A stretch of 64,000 nt of DNA from Octopus vulgaris (taxonomy: Eukaryota). The notes under the pieces were generated by a model that made no database searches, had not been told where the DNA came from, and was given only the letters and a program-made list of their open reading frames with translations. The stretch spans positions 31,558,001 to 31,622,000 of the forward strand of contig OX597823.1 of NCBI GenBank assembly GCA_951406725.2. The letters are read 5' to 3'. This document shows, in pieces, positions 40,707-54,799 of this stretch. Within the stretch, counting starts at the first letter, position 1. Each line of letters opens with the position of its first letter. The position numbers and the translations under genes were made by a program.

Positions 40707-41864
40707 CCTTGACACATCTTCGCTCAAGTTTCAGCTGTTAATACACTGCTCCACTCAATTTTTACTCCATCAAAGATTTTTATTTTATTTATTTATGTAT
40801 TAATTCTTTCTGTTTCTATATATGCTTTTATTTATTTTCTGATAAGTACTGTACCTAGTTTAAATATTTTATTTCTAAGATAAAAATCACGGTTTCTCTA
40901 AACGCCCAACGTCTCTCCTGCCACCAACGCTCGTCGTTAGCATTCACCGCGTACTTGTCAGAGATTAAAACGTCCCCAAGGATACGTTACCGCTCAGGTT
41001 AAAAACCGGTGGGTTTTATATAAGTTTGTAAGCCAGTCCGTTTGGGTACAATCTACCCAACTAAACCACCACCCTACCTGTGACTGATTATGTATGGAGA
41101 TGGAAAGAGAGAGGGAGAAGGAAAAAGGCAGACGGATAGAAAACGAAAGCTTATAATCTTTGTTTTATGTCATGTTATTTGAGAATGAGATAACAAGGTA
41201 TCGTGTTTACCAATTCCATTAATCTATAACCGACTACACCCCCTTTCCGAAGCCTCCAACCACCTCCACCATCATCTTCCTTCGCGCAACATCACCACCA
41301 CCACCACCATCCATTTATCCACCAACCAAAACGTCAAAAATTTCATTTAAAATTAATTAATTAACGTCACTAATTAACACCACGTGTCATTCAAAAATAT
41401 TTTTAGAAAAAGGACGGCGACCAGTAAACAAGTATAATCGGGTGTGTTGTGTATATCGAATTAATAATTTACTAATTAGGATCTTTGACTAATTATAATT
41501 TGACTTTTAGAATTAAGCTTTAATTGGTTTTTCATTAAGTGTTGCCATCGCAATCTTTCGAACTATGTCCAGTGAGACTGTGTGATTTGGTGATGTTCAT
41601 GCCCTTCCAAAGAAATAGCAACGTTTTGAACTTGAATGGAGAGATAAGACAGAAATTTTCATTACACTTCATTTCGAACTGGAATCGAAACTGTGTTGCC
41701 AATTTTATTTGTCTCCTGCAGAAATTTATTTTCAAATTATACTGGTACTTTATTTGATCGACCCCGGAGGAACGAAAGGGGAAATAAACTTCAGCGTGGT
41801 TTTAACTCAGAACGTAAAGAGCCGGAACAAATGGCACAAGGCATTCAGTTTTAGGTTAGCACTT

Positions 41865-42135
41865 TTTTTTTTTTGACTCTTCTCAAATATTCCTACCTTC
41901 TACATTTTCTGACGGAGAATTCTATCTGCCTCCAATACATACACCAGAGTACTTGCAACAGTTACCTCCATTCATTGCCTTGATTAGTGTCTCATATGGG
42001 AGTTTAATCCCTTTTCACTCGAATATTTTCCTCTCCTTATTACTATCACCACACACTTGTCTGTTCCAAACTTCATTACTCTAGCAGTGTGAATCAATTC
42101 CTCACCTTTAGCAAATAATTTGACTCAGATTTGTC
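41865..42135 (-). mobile_element. R4/Dong-like LINE RT fragment
   Basis: KLFAK...MKFGTDKCVVIVIRRGK...CKYSG..LEADRI...EYLRRVKK. Confidence 0.7.
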
Positions 42136-42380
42136 TTTATTCCTGGTAGAATTTATGTGGGTATCAGGATGTATATACATGTCTTGAAATAGATGCAAAC
42201 TGGAAATCTGGGTCCGAATTGGTCCAGGGGCTTTGGTTGAATCCTTTCATTGGGTTTCCCGATAGAATGAGAACACAACTAAACAGTTGTATCGAGAGAG
42301 GTGATATTCCTGACTAGATGACGGTGCTGATAGTGAAAAATTTAAAGAAAGGAGATATAGCAAGTAACTACGAGTAGAGC

Positions 42381-42434
<54 letters not shown>

Positions 42435-42559
42435 TGCAGTTATTGTTGTTGTCACTGTTGTTGTTGCAATATAACTTCTAACAAAGGCCACAGAATTGTG
42501 GGGGGTGGGAGGGAGGGATACAGCCTAGCGCTTGTACTTATTCTAATAAATGTTACTTC

Positions 42560-42595
<36 letters not shown>

Positions 42596-43001
42596 GGTAA
42601 CATCAACATATACATCAGCAATAACACCAACAACACAACGTCCACTTGTCTGAAAAGAATTAAGTTCTTGTGTCTTGGTACAATTGTGGCACTAAAGACC
42701 GGCGTTTATATTCATGTATATATTTTATTATTGTCAAATAAATTGGATTTCTTTGAAATCAAAGTCTTCCTTAATAGGTTTCAGACATAAGGTTAGGGTA
42801 AAGCAGGGAGAATAACTATATTTTGTCTGTGATTATATGAAGGAAATGTTGCGAGTGAGAGGTGTGAGTCACCAAAATTAACCACCAGAGCGCGGTTATA
42901 CTGGCAATAAAACTGCCAGAGATGACTATCAAATGTAAAAAAATGTACATACACAAATAATGACGTTTGTTGAGCACATAATACACTACACATTTCTGGT
43001 G

Positions 43002-43005
<4 letters not shown>

Positions 43006-43092
<87 letters not shown>

Positions 43093-43097
43093 TGATA

Positions 43098-43185
<88 letters not shown>

Positions 43186-43211
43186 TGATAATAGTAATAA
43201 TAATAATAATG

Positions 43212-43290
<79 letters not shown>
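43006..43290 (+). repeat. (TAA)n/(CAA)n microsatellite
   Basis: Seen directly. Confidence 0.97.
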
Positions 43291-43292
<2 letters not shown>

Positions 43293-43440
43293 TCGAAAAA
43301 TACCTTAGGAATAAGAACCCAGGCTCGAAATTTCCCCAAGACCCCTGATGAAGGCTTGGGGGGTATATCAGCCGAAACGTTGTGTCAGCAATAAACAAGA
43401 TGAGGACAAATATCCGTCGAATGTAAATAATGTAAATAAA
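43291..43440 (+). mobile_element. Family H1 HHR tail (HHR at 43340-43386), tRNA head absent
   Basis: GACCC-CTGATGA-A-GGCT..AGCC-GAA-ACGT-T-GTGTC. Confidence 0.82.
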
Positions 43441-43840
43441 TTACATTAAATTAATCATGATTTTAGTTCTACAAGTTCATATGTTTTTCTTGCAAAAATA
43501 ACATGGCGCTGAAATTTTGTATATTTTGTATATTGAGTCATAGAAGAAGCAGGAGGAATGGTTATAAATTATAACAGCAGCAGCAGCTTTTAGTAATAGT
43601 TCTTGATAAAGTCAAAAGACAGATTTTCTTAAATCAAAAATTATTAATTGTATTTTTTGAAAAAACCTTTCTAGTGGAAGGAAGTTTCTGTTTTAAGCTC
43701 TTTTCGCTTTTTCAGTTTTTCAAACACACGTGTTATAAAATAATCCGTAGTGTCTGTGTCAATCTGCTTACTCTAAATATATATAAACACAGACAGACAG
43801 AGAGACAGACAGACACACAGACAGACAGACACACAGATAT

Positions 43841-43919
<79 letters not shown>

Positions 43920-44084
43920 TGGATATATACATACATATATATATGTATACATATATATGTGTTTGTATGTAAGTATATAAGTAAGAATGATTGAGTGAGT
44001 GAGTCAGTCAGTCAGTAAACGTAGCTCTTTTATATTTCCCAAGATATAGGCTTATAATCCTTGTTTGTCAACGCATATAAAGAT

Positions 44085-44380
44085 TTTAAAAATTACCTCT
44101 GTTTTCTCTTCCTTATTGGTATCGGATTGCTTATGACTGATATTTCCTTGTCAAACATAAATTCCAATATAGATTTAACAATGTCGGTACACTTACTTCT
44201 ATTCTTCTGTTGCCAAACGTGCTTTGAGAGCGGTGTGGTGTTTTCTTTGACTGGTTTGTGTGCATATTTTGGTGTAGTCGGTTGAGATAAAGCTCTGTAA
44301 GGCCATTTTTCTAGGTTTGGTTCTGTGATAAAGTCATTTATGTATTGCCTGACTTGAAGGACGATATTATATTTTTTGTC
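44085..44380 (-). mobile_element. Decayed Penelope-like GIY-YIG endonuclease C-terminal fragment
   Basis: ENTTPLSKHVWQQK...NLCL..EISVI....RK..EVIF resembles the T.LSK.IW.LK...CNLCL.EK..I..LNKRSE pattern. Confidence 0.5.
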
Positions 44381-44941
44381 CGTAATGGATTAACTGTTTT
44401 ATTAAATATTTTCACTGTCGAATAAATTATGATGTTTGTTGTTGTATTTGTGTTTGTTGATTACGGAAAGGAACTGTCTCACCCGGAGAAGCTACAATGC
44501 CTTGATTCTACGGGAGATTAAACCAACTACACTTCTCTCTTTGGTGGTGGTGGCGGTGGTGGTGGTGGTGGTGGTGGTGGTGGTGATTGTGGTGGTGGTG
44601 GTGTTTGCGCGCGCGCGCGCGCGCGCGTGTGCGTGTGTGTGTGGATTAACGATGGGAGTGGTATCAATACCAAAAGGTATTCTTTGTATGCAACTTATCG
44701 TGGATATCTTTTCTAACGCACTGAATACTTCGTTATTAGCCTCGAGAGATCCTCCGAAATAGGCCTCCCGCTGATGACTTTAAGTAGAATGAAGTTGCGT
44801 GATATGGGAATTCCGGCGCCCATGACAGGCGATTTTCGTCTGCAATGATCTATGGGTGTTTTCATGCAACAAGCGCCTATACGAGAGGACCTCTCAAGGC
44901 TAATAACGCAGTATTCGAAGTTCTAACAAGACATCCATGTT

Positions 44942-45028
<87 letters not shown>

Positions 45029-45109
45029 ATACATACATACATACATACATATACAAATATATACACACACACATATATATTTATACACGATTGTAATTAT
45101 CTGTCTATC

Positions 45110-45140
<31 letters not shown>

Positions 45141-45208
45141 CATATATATATATATATATATACATACATATATATACACACACATATGTATAGATGTATA
45201 GAAGAATG

Positions 45209-45267
<59 letters not shown>

Positions 45268-45420
45268 CATATATACATATATACATACATATATATATAG
45301 TAAGAGAGATAGAGAGAGTGAGAGAAACATACATGTATATGTATGTGTATGTATGTATATACATACATACATACACATACATACATCCATATATATAACA
45401 CATATGAGCGTGCGTTTGTT

Positions 45421-45510
<90 letters not shown>

Positions 45511-46520
45511 TGTGTGTGTTCGTGTGTCTAAAGCAAAACAAAGCCAGAGAAGGCTCTCCTGTTTTGTTTCGCTATTTCTCTATGTACTCTGTGACCTGCA
45601 CGACTGTTGAGCTGAACCAAATGAAGCTTAAAACCTAAATACGAGTCTTCCTCACAGTCGCCATTTGCAGAAAAGTGAGTTCTAAAAACTGGTTGATTGT
45701 CGTTTGGTTTAAACCTAAATCGCTCTAAATATTGATACATACATACACACATACATACACACATACATACATACATACACACATGCATACATACGTACAT
45801 ATACACACTTGCATGCATACGTACATACACACACACATACGCGCGTACACACACACACACACATATATACATACAAACACACACATACACACATACATAC
45901 ATACATACTTACATACATAAACACACATACACACACATACACATATACATATACACACATACACATACATACACACATATACATACATACACACATATAC
46001 ATAAATACATGCACACGCATACATACACACATACATACATACATACATACATTCATACATACATACATACATACATAATACATATATACATACACACACA
46101 TACATACACCTACATACATACACACACATACATGCATATATACACACATATACACACATACATACACCTATATCTGTGTCGGTGTGTGTGTGTCTTTATG
46201 CCCGTTCTTGACTGCTAGATAACTGCTGTTGGTGTATTTACGTCCCCGTAAATTAGCCGTTCGGCAAAAGAAAAGGAACAATAAAATGAATACAAGGCGT
46301 ACTGGGGTCATGAACGAATTGACCCCAGTTCTTGAAGGCGGTACCCCAACATATTCTCAGCCTAATGACTAAAACCCGTTAGCGTGGTGCCCCAGCATGG
46401 CCGCTCTCTAATACTGAAACAAGTAAAATCTAAAATGTGTGTGTGATGGACTCTCCCGTCGTTAGAAGGTTCGACAATTTATTATTGAACAACCACACAG
46501 ATGATTTGTTTAGACATAAG

Positions 46521-47651
46521 ACACAGATATGACATAAGACACAGAGTGGTGTTCCGCAAGGCTCTGTTTTGGGACCAATACTGTTCATAATGCCCCTCTC
46601 AGACATGCCCTCAGCCACGCAGAGAGCCACGATCACAAGTTATGCAGATGATACAAAGGTTTCACAGGCAATACAGAACCCTGAAGACACTATGCACCTG
46701 CAATGTGAGCTGGACAAAATATACAAGTGGGCTGAAAAGAATAGCATGCAGTTCAATGCTGAAAAGTTTCAAGCTTTATCCTATCAGCATGCAAAACTAA
46801 ATGCAATACCCAATAAATACGCGAGGCCTGGAGGGATTGCAATCCCAGAGGCACAATCAGTGCGAGACCTGGGTATTTACATGAGTGATGATGCAACTTT
46901 TCATGTGCATGTTGCTAAATTGGCAATGAAATGTAGGCGGCTGACCGGATGGATTCTTAGAACCTTTAGAACAAGAGACCAGGAAACCATGATGGTCCTC
47001 TGGAGGACACTTATCCTAAGCCACTTTGACTATTGCTCTCAGCTATGGTCACTATCCAGTGTCAAGTTAATCACAGAACTTGAGGCGATCCAACGAAGCT
47101 ACACGAAAAAGATAGCCTCTGTGCAGCATATAAGCTACTGGGAAAGATTCAAGAGATTAAGACTCTATTCCTTAGAGCGTAGGCGAGAAAGATATGCCAT
47201 AATATACATCTGGAAGATCCTAGAAGGATTTGTCCCAAACTTTGGCATCGAGAGTTACACAAATGCTAGAACTGGGTACCACTGCATAGTGCCAAGGACT
47301 CCAAATTTGCCATCAAGATGTAGGACAAGATACTGTGATAGCCTAACTTCAGAGGCCCACAGCTCTTCAATATCCTCCCGAAGAACCTGAGAGAGCTGCA
47401 TGGGGTGGATGCAGATGTCTTTAAAATAAAACTGGATCTCTTCCTGTCAGGTGTCCCAGATGAACCAACTTCACGGCAGGAGGTGCAGATGAGGGCAGCT
47501 GCATCGAACTCTTTCATGCACCAAATGGCAATTGCTAAAAAGCATTCATGAAGTAAAATCATGTAGCAAACCAAATGGCGATGCCCCAGCATGGCCACAG
47601 CTCGTGAGCTGAAACTAGATAAAATAAAATAAAATAAAATAAAATAAATAA
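46521..47651 (+). mobile_element. 5'-truncated CR1-clade LINE with 22-bp TSD and (TAAAA)n tail
   Basis: TSD agatgatttgtKtagacataag at 46499-46520 and 47652-47673. Confidence 0.9.
46545..47550 (+). pseudogene. CR1-type ORF2 reverse-transcriptase C-terminal part (one frameshift near 47345)
   Basis: SGVPQGSVLGP, YADDTK, RDLGI, SLERRRERY, then FRGPQLFNILP...KLDLFLSGVPDEP in the next frame. Confidence 0.92.
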
Positions 47652-47884
47652 AGATGATTTGTGTAGACATAAGCTCACTCCTTCCATCAGATCGACATTA
47701 CCTGTACAGGCGCAACAGGTGCCACATGTCAGATGCCGAAATGATCGCAGAGCAACATGAAATGAAGTGCTTTCCTCAAGAACACAACGCAACGCCCGGT
47801 CTGGGAATCGAACCTCAATCTCGCAATCGTGAGTGCAACAACCTAACCACTAAGCCACACGCCTTCACTTATATACATACATAA

Positions 47885-47915
<31 letters not shown>

Positions 47916-48080
47916 TAGATAGATAGATGTATATAATATTTATGTGTATATATTTATGTGTGTATATATATATATATGTATATATATATATGCATATGTA
48001 TATATATGTGTATATATATATGTATGTATGTATATGTATATACATATATGCATATATATAAATATATATGTGTGTATATG

Positions 48081-48189
<109 letters not shown>

Positions 48190-48203
48190 GTGTGTGTGTT
48201 ACA

Positions 48204-48414
48204 CAGGGTTGTTTAAAAGTAGATTTACAGTTATTCAACTATCTCTTTCGCATTCATATATTAACACTTTAGATCTTAATTATAAAAAATATGAACCCAT
48301 TATTCTATGCTAACTTAATTAATTGTAAGAAAAAAATTTAAATGTAATAAGATGTTTTAAAAGAAATTTAAAGTGCCTACGTGATAACTGTAAACTTACT
48401 TTTGGGCCACCCTG
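48204..48414. mobile_element. Tc1/mariner-type MITE
   Basis: TIR CAGGGTTGTTTAAAAGTAGATTTACAGTTAT / rc CAGGGTGGCCCAAAAGTAAGTTTACAGTTAT, followed by TA. Confidence 0.75.
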
Positions 48415-48899
48415 TATATTTCATGTCACTCTAAGAAGCAGTGCACGTTACTAGAATTAAATGTAACAAACCACTTGAAATCGTTGTAAGAGCATCCGCA
48501 TAAGTGGTGTTAAGACATGTTAGTTTGTTCTGGCATTGAGTGGTATTAGATGTAATAATAATGTCAAACCAAAGAGTGAAGTTTTGAAATAATTTATTGC
48601 TTTAACTGAGGAAGGTATTACGCAATGCATGCATTTCCTATCATATATTATGCAAACCTGGAACGTACGTATTAAATTATCTCAAAATATCAGTGTTTTA
48701 TTTGGCCTTATTACAACTACGTGTGTATGTGCATGTGTATGTGTGTGAGTGCATGCTTTTGTCCTTCTCCGTCGCTTGACAACCTAGGTTGGACTTTTAC
48801 GTCCCTGTAACTTGGTTGCTCGGCCAAAGGGACATAACAAGTACTGATGACTGGATCAAATAAAAGAGGAAAAAAAGGGTAAAAGATAATATACATCAA

Positions 48900-49068
48900 C
48901 GCAGGAGTGGCTGTGTGGTAAGTAGCTTGCTAACCAACCACATGGTTCCGGGTTCAGTCCCACTGCGTGGCATCTTAGGCAGGTGTCTTCTGCTATAGCC
49001 CCGGGCCGACCAATGCCTTGTGAGTGGATTTGGTAGACGGAAACTGAAAGAAGCCTGTCGTATATATG

Positions 49069-49101
<33 letters not shown>

Positions 49102-49306
49102 TTGTGTGTCCCCCTAGCATTGCTTGACAACCGATGCTGGTGTGTTTACGTCCTCGTCACTTAGCGGTTCGGCAAAAGAGACCGATAGAATAAGTACTGG
49201 GCTTACAAAGAATAAGTCTCGGGGTCGATTTGCTCGACTAAAGGCGGTGCTCCAGCATGGCCACAGTCAAATGACTGAAACAAGTAAAAGAGTAAAAAAA
49301 GAGTAA
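48900..49306 (+). mobile_element. SINE family S1, full length
   Basis: Head to tail; probable TSD atcaacg. Confidence 0.93.
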
Positions 49307-49747
49307 ATCAACGAAAAGGAACATACATCCATGTGAATAGTTCGCCAGTTAGAAAATATCTGGAGAAATACCACATCTGGAATATCAAGGCCGGCCATGA
49401 AAGCGACAAGATGGAATATTGGAAATTTGACAATTAACGAATACATTGTTATTTAAGAATTAAAGCCCACCAACGACGGTGGACAACAAACGTACGACGC
49501 TCGTTAGTAACTTAAAACACTCCTAATCTGGTCTTGTCGTAAAGCCTTCCTATCGCATCCCTCACATATCTGCACAGGTCAAAACTACATTTACATACAC
49601 TCCTATGTTATTGATAAGGGCTTTTTATAGCCGAAATATTAAAATATTAGATAAAAGTGTAACATGTTGTTTCATGACTTTTTTTGGATTTTTTTAAAAA
49701 CCCCTTTTTATTTTCTTCTTTTGCAGTAGTTGCTTTCTAAATCTCTT

Positions 49748-49834
<87 letters not shown>

Positions 49835-49868
49835 GCGATAGTAATAGTAATAATAAGAGTGATGCATG

Positions 49869-49972
49869 TGCCTGGTGTACCCTTATTAGACGGGTAGTCA
49901 TGATGGGTATACTGGGCTTCGTATATTTTACCCCAGGGTCACTTTGATGGCATGCACTGATCTCTCACTCAA
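49869..49972 (+). mobile_element. Second copy of the ~105-bp (TAA)n-embedded element
   Basis: Matches 38446-38550. Confidence 0.8.
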
Positions 49973-50069
49973 TAATGATGATGATGATGATGATGATGAT
50001 AATTTCTTTTATAATAATGATAATAATACTAATAGCAATAATTATGATGATGATGATGATGATGATGAT

Positions 50070-50260
50070 GGTTTCAATTTTTGGTAATTTCGGTAAGTCG
50101 ATTGCATCAACCCTAGTGCTTAACTGGTACTTATTTTATTGACCCCTTAAAAGGATGAAAAGTAGAGTCGACCTCGGCGGAATTTGAACTGAGAACATAA
50201 AGACGGACGAAATGCCGCTAAGCTTTACCATGTTGCCCGACATGGTAACTGTTCCGCCTC
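50070..50260 (-). mobile_element. SINE family S2
   Basis: aaggatgaaaagtagagtcgacctcggcggaatttgaact. Confidence 0.8.
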
Positions 50261-50406
50261 TGTCTCACCACCTCAAATTGTCAATTTATTTATCGACATC
50301 GAAAGGATGGATAAAAGGTAAAGTTGACCGATGCGGACTGACACTCAATGTAAGAGAATTAGGAAAGAGAAAGAGAGAGAGGGAGAGAGAGAGACGGAGA
50401 GAGATA

Positions 50407-50445
<39 letters not shown>

Positions 50446-50826
50446 ATGAAAAAAGACACCCGGGAAAAGAATTAATTCTCATGCTAAAATACGTATACAC
50501 ATAAACACACACACACACACGCAAAAGTACATGCATGCATAAATGCATATATACATGCGTACACACACATACACACGCCGAGCAGCCGGGTGTGGGTTCT
50601 TAGTTTTGTATCTAAATCAGAATTGTGTACATATGTATGTATGTATGCATGTGTACACAGACACGTATATGCGTGTGTATAGGTACGTATATGCGTCTAT
50701 ATATGTATACATATACAATTAATCATTATATATGCATTATATATATTTTGACGAGTATACATGTATGTATGTGTATGTGTATGTATGGATGTATACTTAT
50801 AATCATTATATAAGCAATAAATAAAA

Positions 50827-50899
<73 letters not shown>

Positions 50900-51349
50900 A
50901 AGAGGAACTCACACAAACATCCATATCTTTAGTTCTGAGTTAAGATAACAACGTTTCGCGAGTGCCAATTATTCAGCTAACAAACAGATTTAGCAGGAAT
51001 GGTCTTACGGAATAACTCTAAACTAGCCAGCTGTACAATAAACAATTTCAGAACTTTTCTACCAGTTAAATATTTCCAGAAGACGAAAATATTGTTCTTT
51101 GTGTAGTTTTGGAAACAATAATATAAGGAAGTAATAATAATAACAATGGTGGTAATAATAATAATAATTTATCTCATTGTACATCAGCTAACAATTCCTA
51201 TTTCTTCTTTATCCGACAGTCCTTCCACTCGTTGACTATTTTACCGTTTTCCATATTGTCCTCCCCCACCTCCCCCTCTTCTTTGGCACTTTCTTTCAAC
51301 TGCAGTGTCTGCTACACTATTCGTTTAAGACTTATAATAACTTTTTTTT

Positions 51350-51560
51350 CTTTCTAATATAAGCACAAGGCCAGCAACTTTGAAGGGAGAGATAAGCCGA
51401 TTACATCAACATCAAGTTCTCAACTGGTATTTAGTATATCAATCCTGAATGGATGAAAGGCAAAGTCAACCTCGGTTGCATTTGAACACAGAACGTAAAG
51501 TCGGAAGAAATGCCGTTGATAATTTTGTTCGGCGCAGTAGCGATTCTGCCAGTTCGCCCA
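51350..51560 (-). mobile_element. SINE family S2
   Basis: ggatgaaaggcaaagtcaacctcgg...gattctgccagttcgcc. Confidence 0.8.
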
Positions 51561-51629
51561 ATAATAATAGAATTTGTAGACAAAAATGGTGAAACCGTAT
51601 GACATATTACCAGTCAATGTACGCCACTA

Positions 51630-52215
51630 GTCCAGAAAGAATATGAGACATCATGACAATATAGCAATGATTGTCCATAGGACACTTTCCAACAAGTATG
51701 GATTTGACAGAGCAAGCAGTGATACGAACATAAACACGAAGGCTTCATCGAAAATGATAATGCAAAGATCCTATGGGATTTTATGATTCAGTGCGACCTT
51801 GAGAGAGAGAGAGAGAATAGGAAGCCAGACAAAGAGTTAATTGAGAAAGAAAGCAAACTATGCTGGATCATAGATATAGCATGTCCAGCTGACAAGGTGT
51901 GCGATAAAGAAGAAAGAAAAGTCGATAGATGTAATAGGTTAGCTTGGGAGGTCAAACAGTTGTGGTCGCTAAAAATGGTGGTAGTAGTACAAATAATCGT
52001 CGGAGCCCTAGAAACAGTGAGTAAGAATATTGAGAAGTATATGGAACAAATAGGGGCAACAATAAAGGTGGAGCACTTGCAGAAAACAGCACTGCTTGGA
52101 ATCACTCGAATACTCCGGAAGGTGCTCGAAAAATAAGAGGTGTTACCTTAGTTCACTGGTATTGAACAGCTGACACCGTAGTATATATCCAGCGTTAGAA
52201 GCTGTACAAAGGCAA
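51630..52215 (+). mobile_element. R4/Dong-like LINE 3' end (RLE domain + 3' UTR) followed by (TAA)n
   Basis: HDNIAMIVH...ENDNAKILWDFMIQCD..RKPD..IIDIACP..IIVGALE..LQKTALLGITRILRKVLEK*; (TAA)n at 52215-52326. Confidence 0.9.
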
Positions 52216-52219
52216 TAAT

Positions 52220-52360
<141 letters not shown>

Positions 52361-52789
52361 CCACTTCAAAATAACCCTCGATCCAATAACCCTCGATCAA
52401 GGTTTACAAACTCTATGCTTGGAATGACCAATTTTAAATACTATTGAAACTTACACACAAGGTACAGGAAACATATGCATACCATTCTGCTTAAATAAGG
52501 TAACTGCAGGTACAATATTCCTGCATATCTCACGTCTGTTTTCATTCCTCCACTTTACTCGCTATTCCATATCTTCTCTAGAATAACTATTGCTTAGCCA
52601 TTTTCTTGCACCGTCTCCGATGAAGGAATATATGAAATATCCCGGAAACAGATGTAAGACCTTCTCTTTATAAATGTTCTGAAATCTATTACAGCCTTGG
52701 ATTTTTATTTCATTCTTTATGTATATATATTTATATATCAAGAAAAAAATTCTTTGGGTAATCCAATTATAGTGGATTTTCTTCTCACC

Positions 52790-54070
52790 TGTTCGCTTTC
52801 GTTCTTCTTGTTTTGTCTCTGCAACAATTGCTTCTTTCTTTATAGTCTCTCCCCACCATTGTTTACAGTTATTCACTGTCTTTTCCTAGCATTCAGTTGC
52901 AATCAGGTCGTACACTTGCTTGATATGGTGATTGCTGACATCCTTGTAATGGGGTTTCAGGTGTCCTCTTCGACATCTTCCATATTTCAACTTACTGTAG
53001 AGCAAAGTCTTTAGGTTTCCACTGTCCTCTATACAGATCGCGTGTCTCAACTAGCTCAGCTGCGATTCCAGCAGGATTAGCTCAACACTAGGCATATTTC
53101 CACGTCACAGGACTTCCCGGCTGGAGATATAGTCTCGTCGAGAAATATTCATTATAAATCGTTGTTGATGCTACCAGCTATTAATCACTTCTTATATGTC
53201 CATGATAGAGGTCTCTTCTTTGTATATAGCTGACAGTTTAATACCATCTTATTCCTACAATCGTGCATTGAGTTTCCCAAATACGCGGACTTTCTCACCA
53301 CACTTAGATGCTAATTCTTACACACGATGATCGACGATTGGGTTCATATGTACTACTGGTTTAGAGTTATAAAAGCTTTCAGTTCTTTTTACATTTATTC
53401 ATCGGCCGAAAGCTAAAGTTAGGTATTCAAAATGGCGTGTGATTTTCTGAATATTTTCTAGGGAATGATCCTCGAGGACTGGGTCATCAACGAAAATCAG
53501 TTCGTAAATACACACATCGTGGCATTTCCAAATGGATCTTAATCAAGGTATGTTAAACATTTCTCTATCCACTTTAGTGTGGATATACACACCACACGTG
53601 AGTTTACTTTCCATTCTTTCAAGGAAGGAATTCAGTAATAGCGCAAATAGCGTTGGAGCCATTACACAATCCTGTTTTTCTCCATGGGCAGATTTGAAAA
53701 CAAGGATCAAGAGATATCGTTATAGACGTACGAGACAGAGATTCCTTCATTATTTCCACAAATTTCTTCTGGATACCAATATCTTTTGAACAGATTCCAT
53801 AAGCCTGTTGAAAGATTTCGTTAAATCAAAGAATTCGATGAAAAGTGAGACGCGCTGTTTTAGAAAATTTCCCTGAATTTTTTTATACACTCACTCACAC
53901 AGAAGTATGGAAATAAAAATGGTGTGTCTGACTTTCTTAAGTAAGTTGAGGCCCACATGAGAATATCCCCCTGTCTTAAAAGACTGATATAAGATCCTAA
54001 ACCTTCTATAAGAGTTTAGGTTCATGTAGTAACTTAACGCAAATCCAAAGTATTCGCAAGTTAAAAGTGG
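52790..54070 (-). mobile_element. Decayed RTE (BovB-like) LINE RT and C-terminus
   Basis: FFDLTKSFN, GEKQDCVMAPTLF, ELIFVDD, LLYSKLKYGRCRRGHLKPHYKDV. Confidence 0.8.
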
Positions 54071-54429
54071 GTTCACTGATAAGTTAAATCTTGTATATAA
54101 GTAGTAGTTTCTATAAATGTCGTTTGATTGTCAGTATATCTATTGTTATGCATGAAATACTGAACAGAAAATGCTTGAGAAATAAAATGCACTTAACTAT
54201 TTAAAACCTGAAACGCCAGGGAATTAAATCAACAAATTGAAGTAATAAGTTTTAGCAAATGTAAACGATTCGTATTAAAATGCAGAATTAGCAAATGCTA
54301 ATGAAATTACCGTTAAGAAGATGCCTGTTTATACCCATGAAACATTTTTCGTCGAATTTTGACATTTTTCGTCAAATTGAAATCTATATTAATAGGTAGG
54401 ACAAATTTGACGAAGAAATTACCATAGTC

Positions 54430-54796
54430 TGATAGCGAACCCGTGTCGTCGTCATTTTTGTACATGTGTGTAACAAATTAATTTATCTCGACCCGTCCTT
54501 AATGCATATTCCATCTGTGTATAAAATTTCAAGAAATTCAGTTGAAAACTTTGAAAGTTATGGTAGAAAATAACATTCATATGAGAATTTGCATTGAAAT
54601 GTTCTATTGATTTTTGAAAAGTCGATGCCGATTAAAAATTATCGATATTTTTTTAAGTGCATAAGTGACCGCATGGGCATAAGCCCCCACACGTGTTTAG
54701 TTTCATCAAAATCGGTTGGATAATCTCGGAGAAGTTAAAGTAACAAATTCACAGGCACACACAGCCACAAACAGACGGGAGTTTTCATATATATAT
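54430..54796 (-). mobile_element. Possible Helitron-like non-autonomous fragment
   Basis: tatatatatgaaaactcccgtctgtttgtg...ccgattttgatgaaac start; no clear 3' end. Confidence 0.35.
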
Positions 54797-54799
54797 TTA

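Larger units (their letters stand above)
46437..47866 (-). mobile_element. S3-related SINE split by the CR1 insertion (head 47674-47866, tail 46437-46520)
   Basis: tgaaggcgtgtggcttagtggttagg...ggttcgattcccagaccgggcg head; continuous across the TSD. Confidence 0.8.

Noticed and set aside
44738-44780. CGAGAG...GAAATAGGC-CTCCCG-CTGATGA, resembling the permuted HHR
   Set aside because: No UH cleavage triplet and zero-length III-to-I linker
50944-50980. Minus-strand GAAACGTT HHR 3' half
   Set aside because: No matching stem I or stem II
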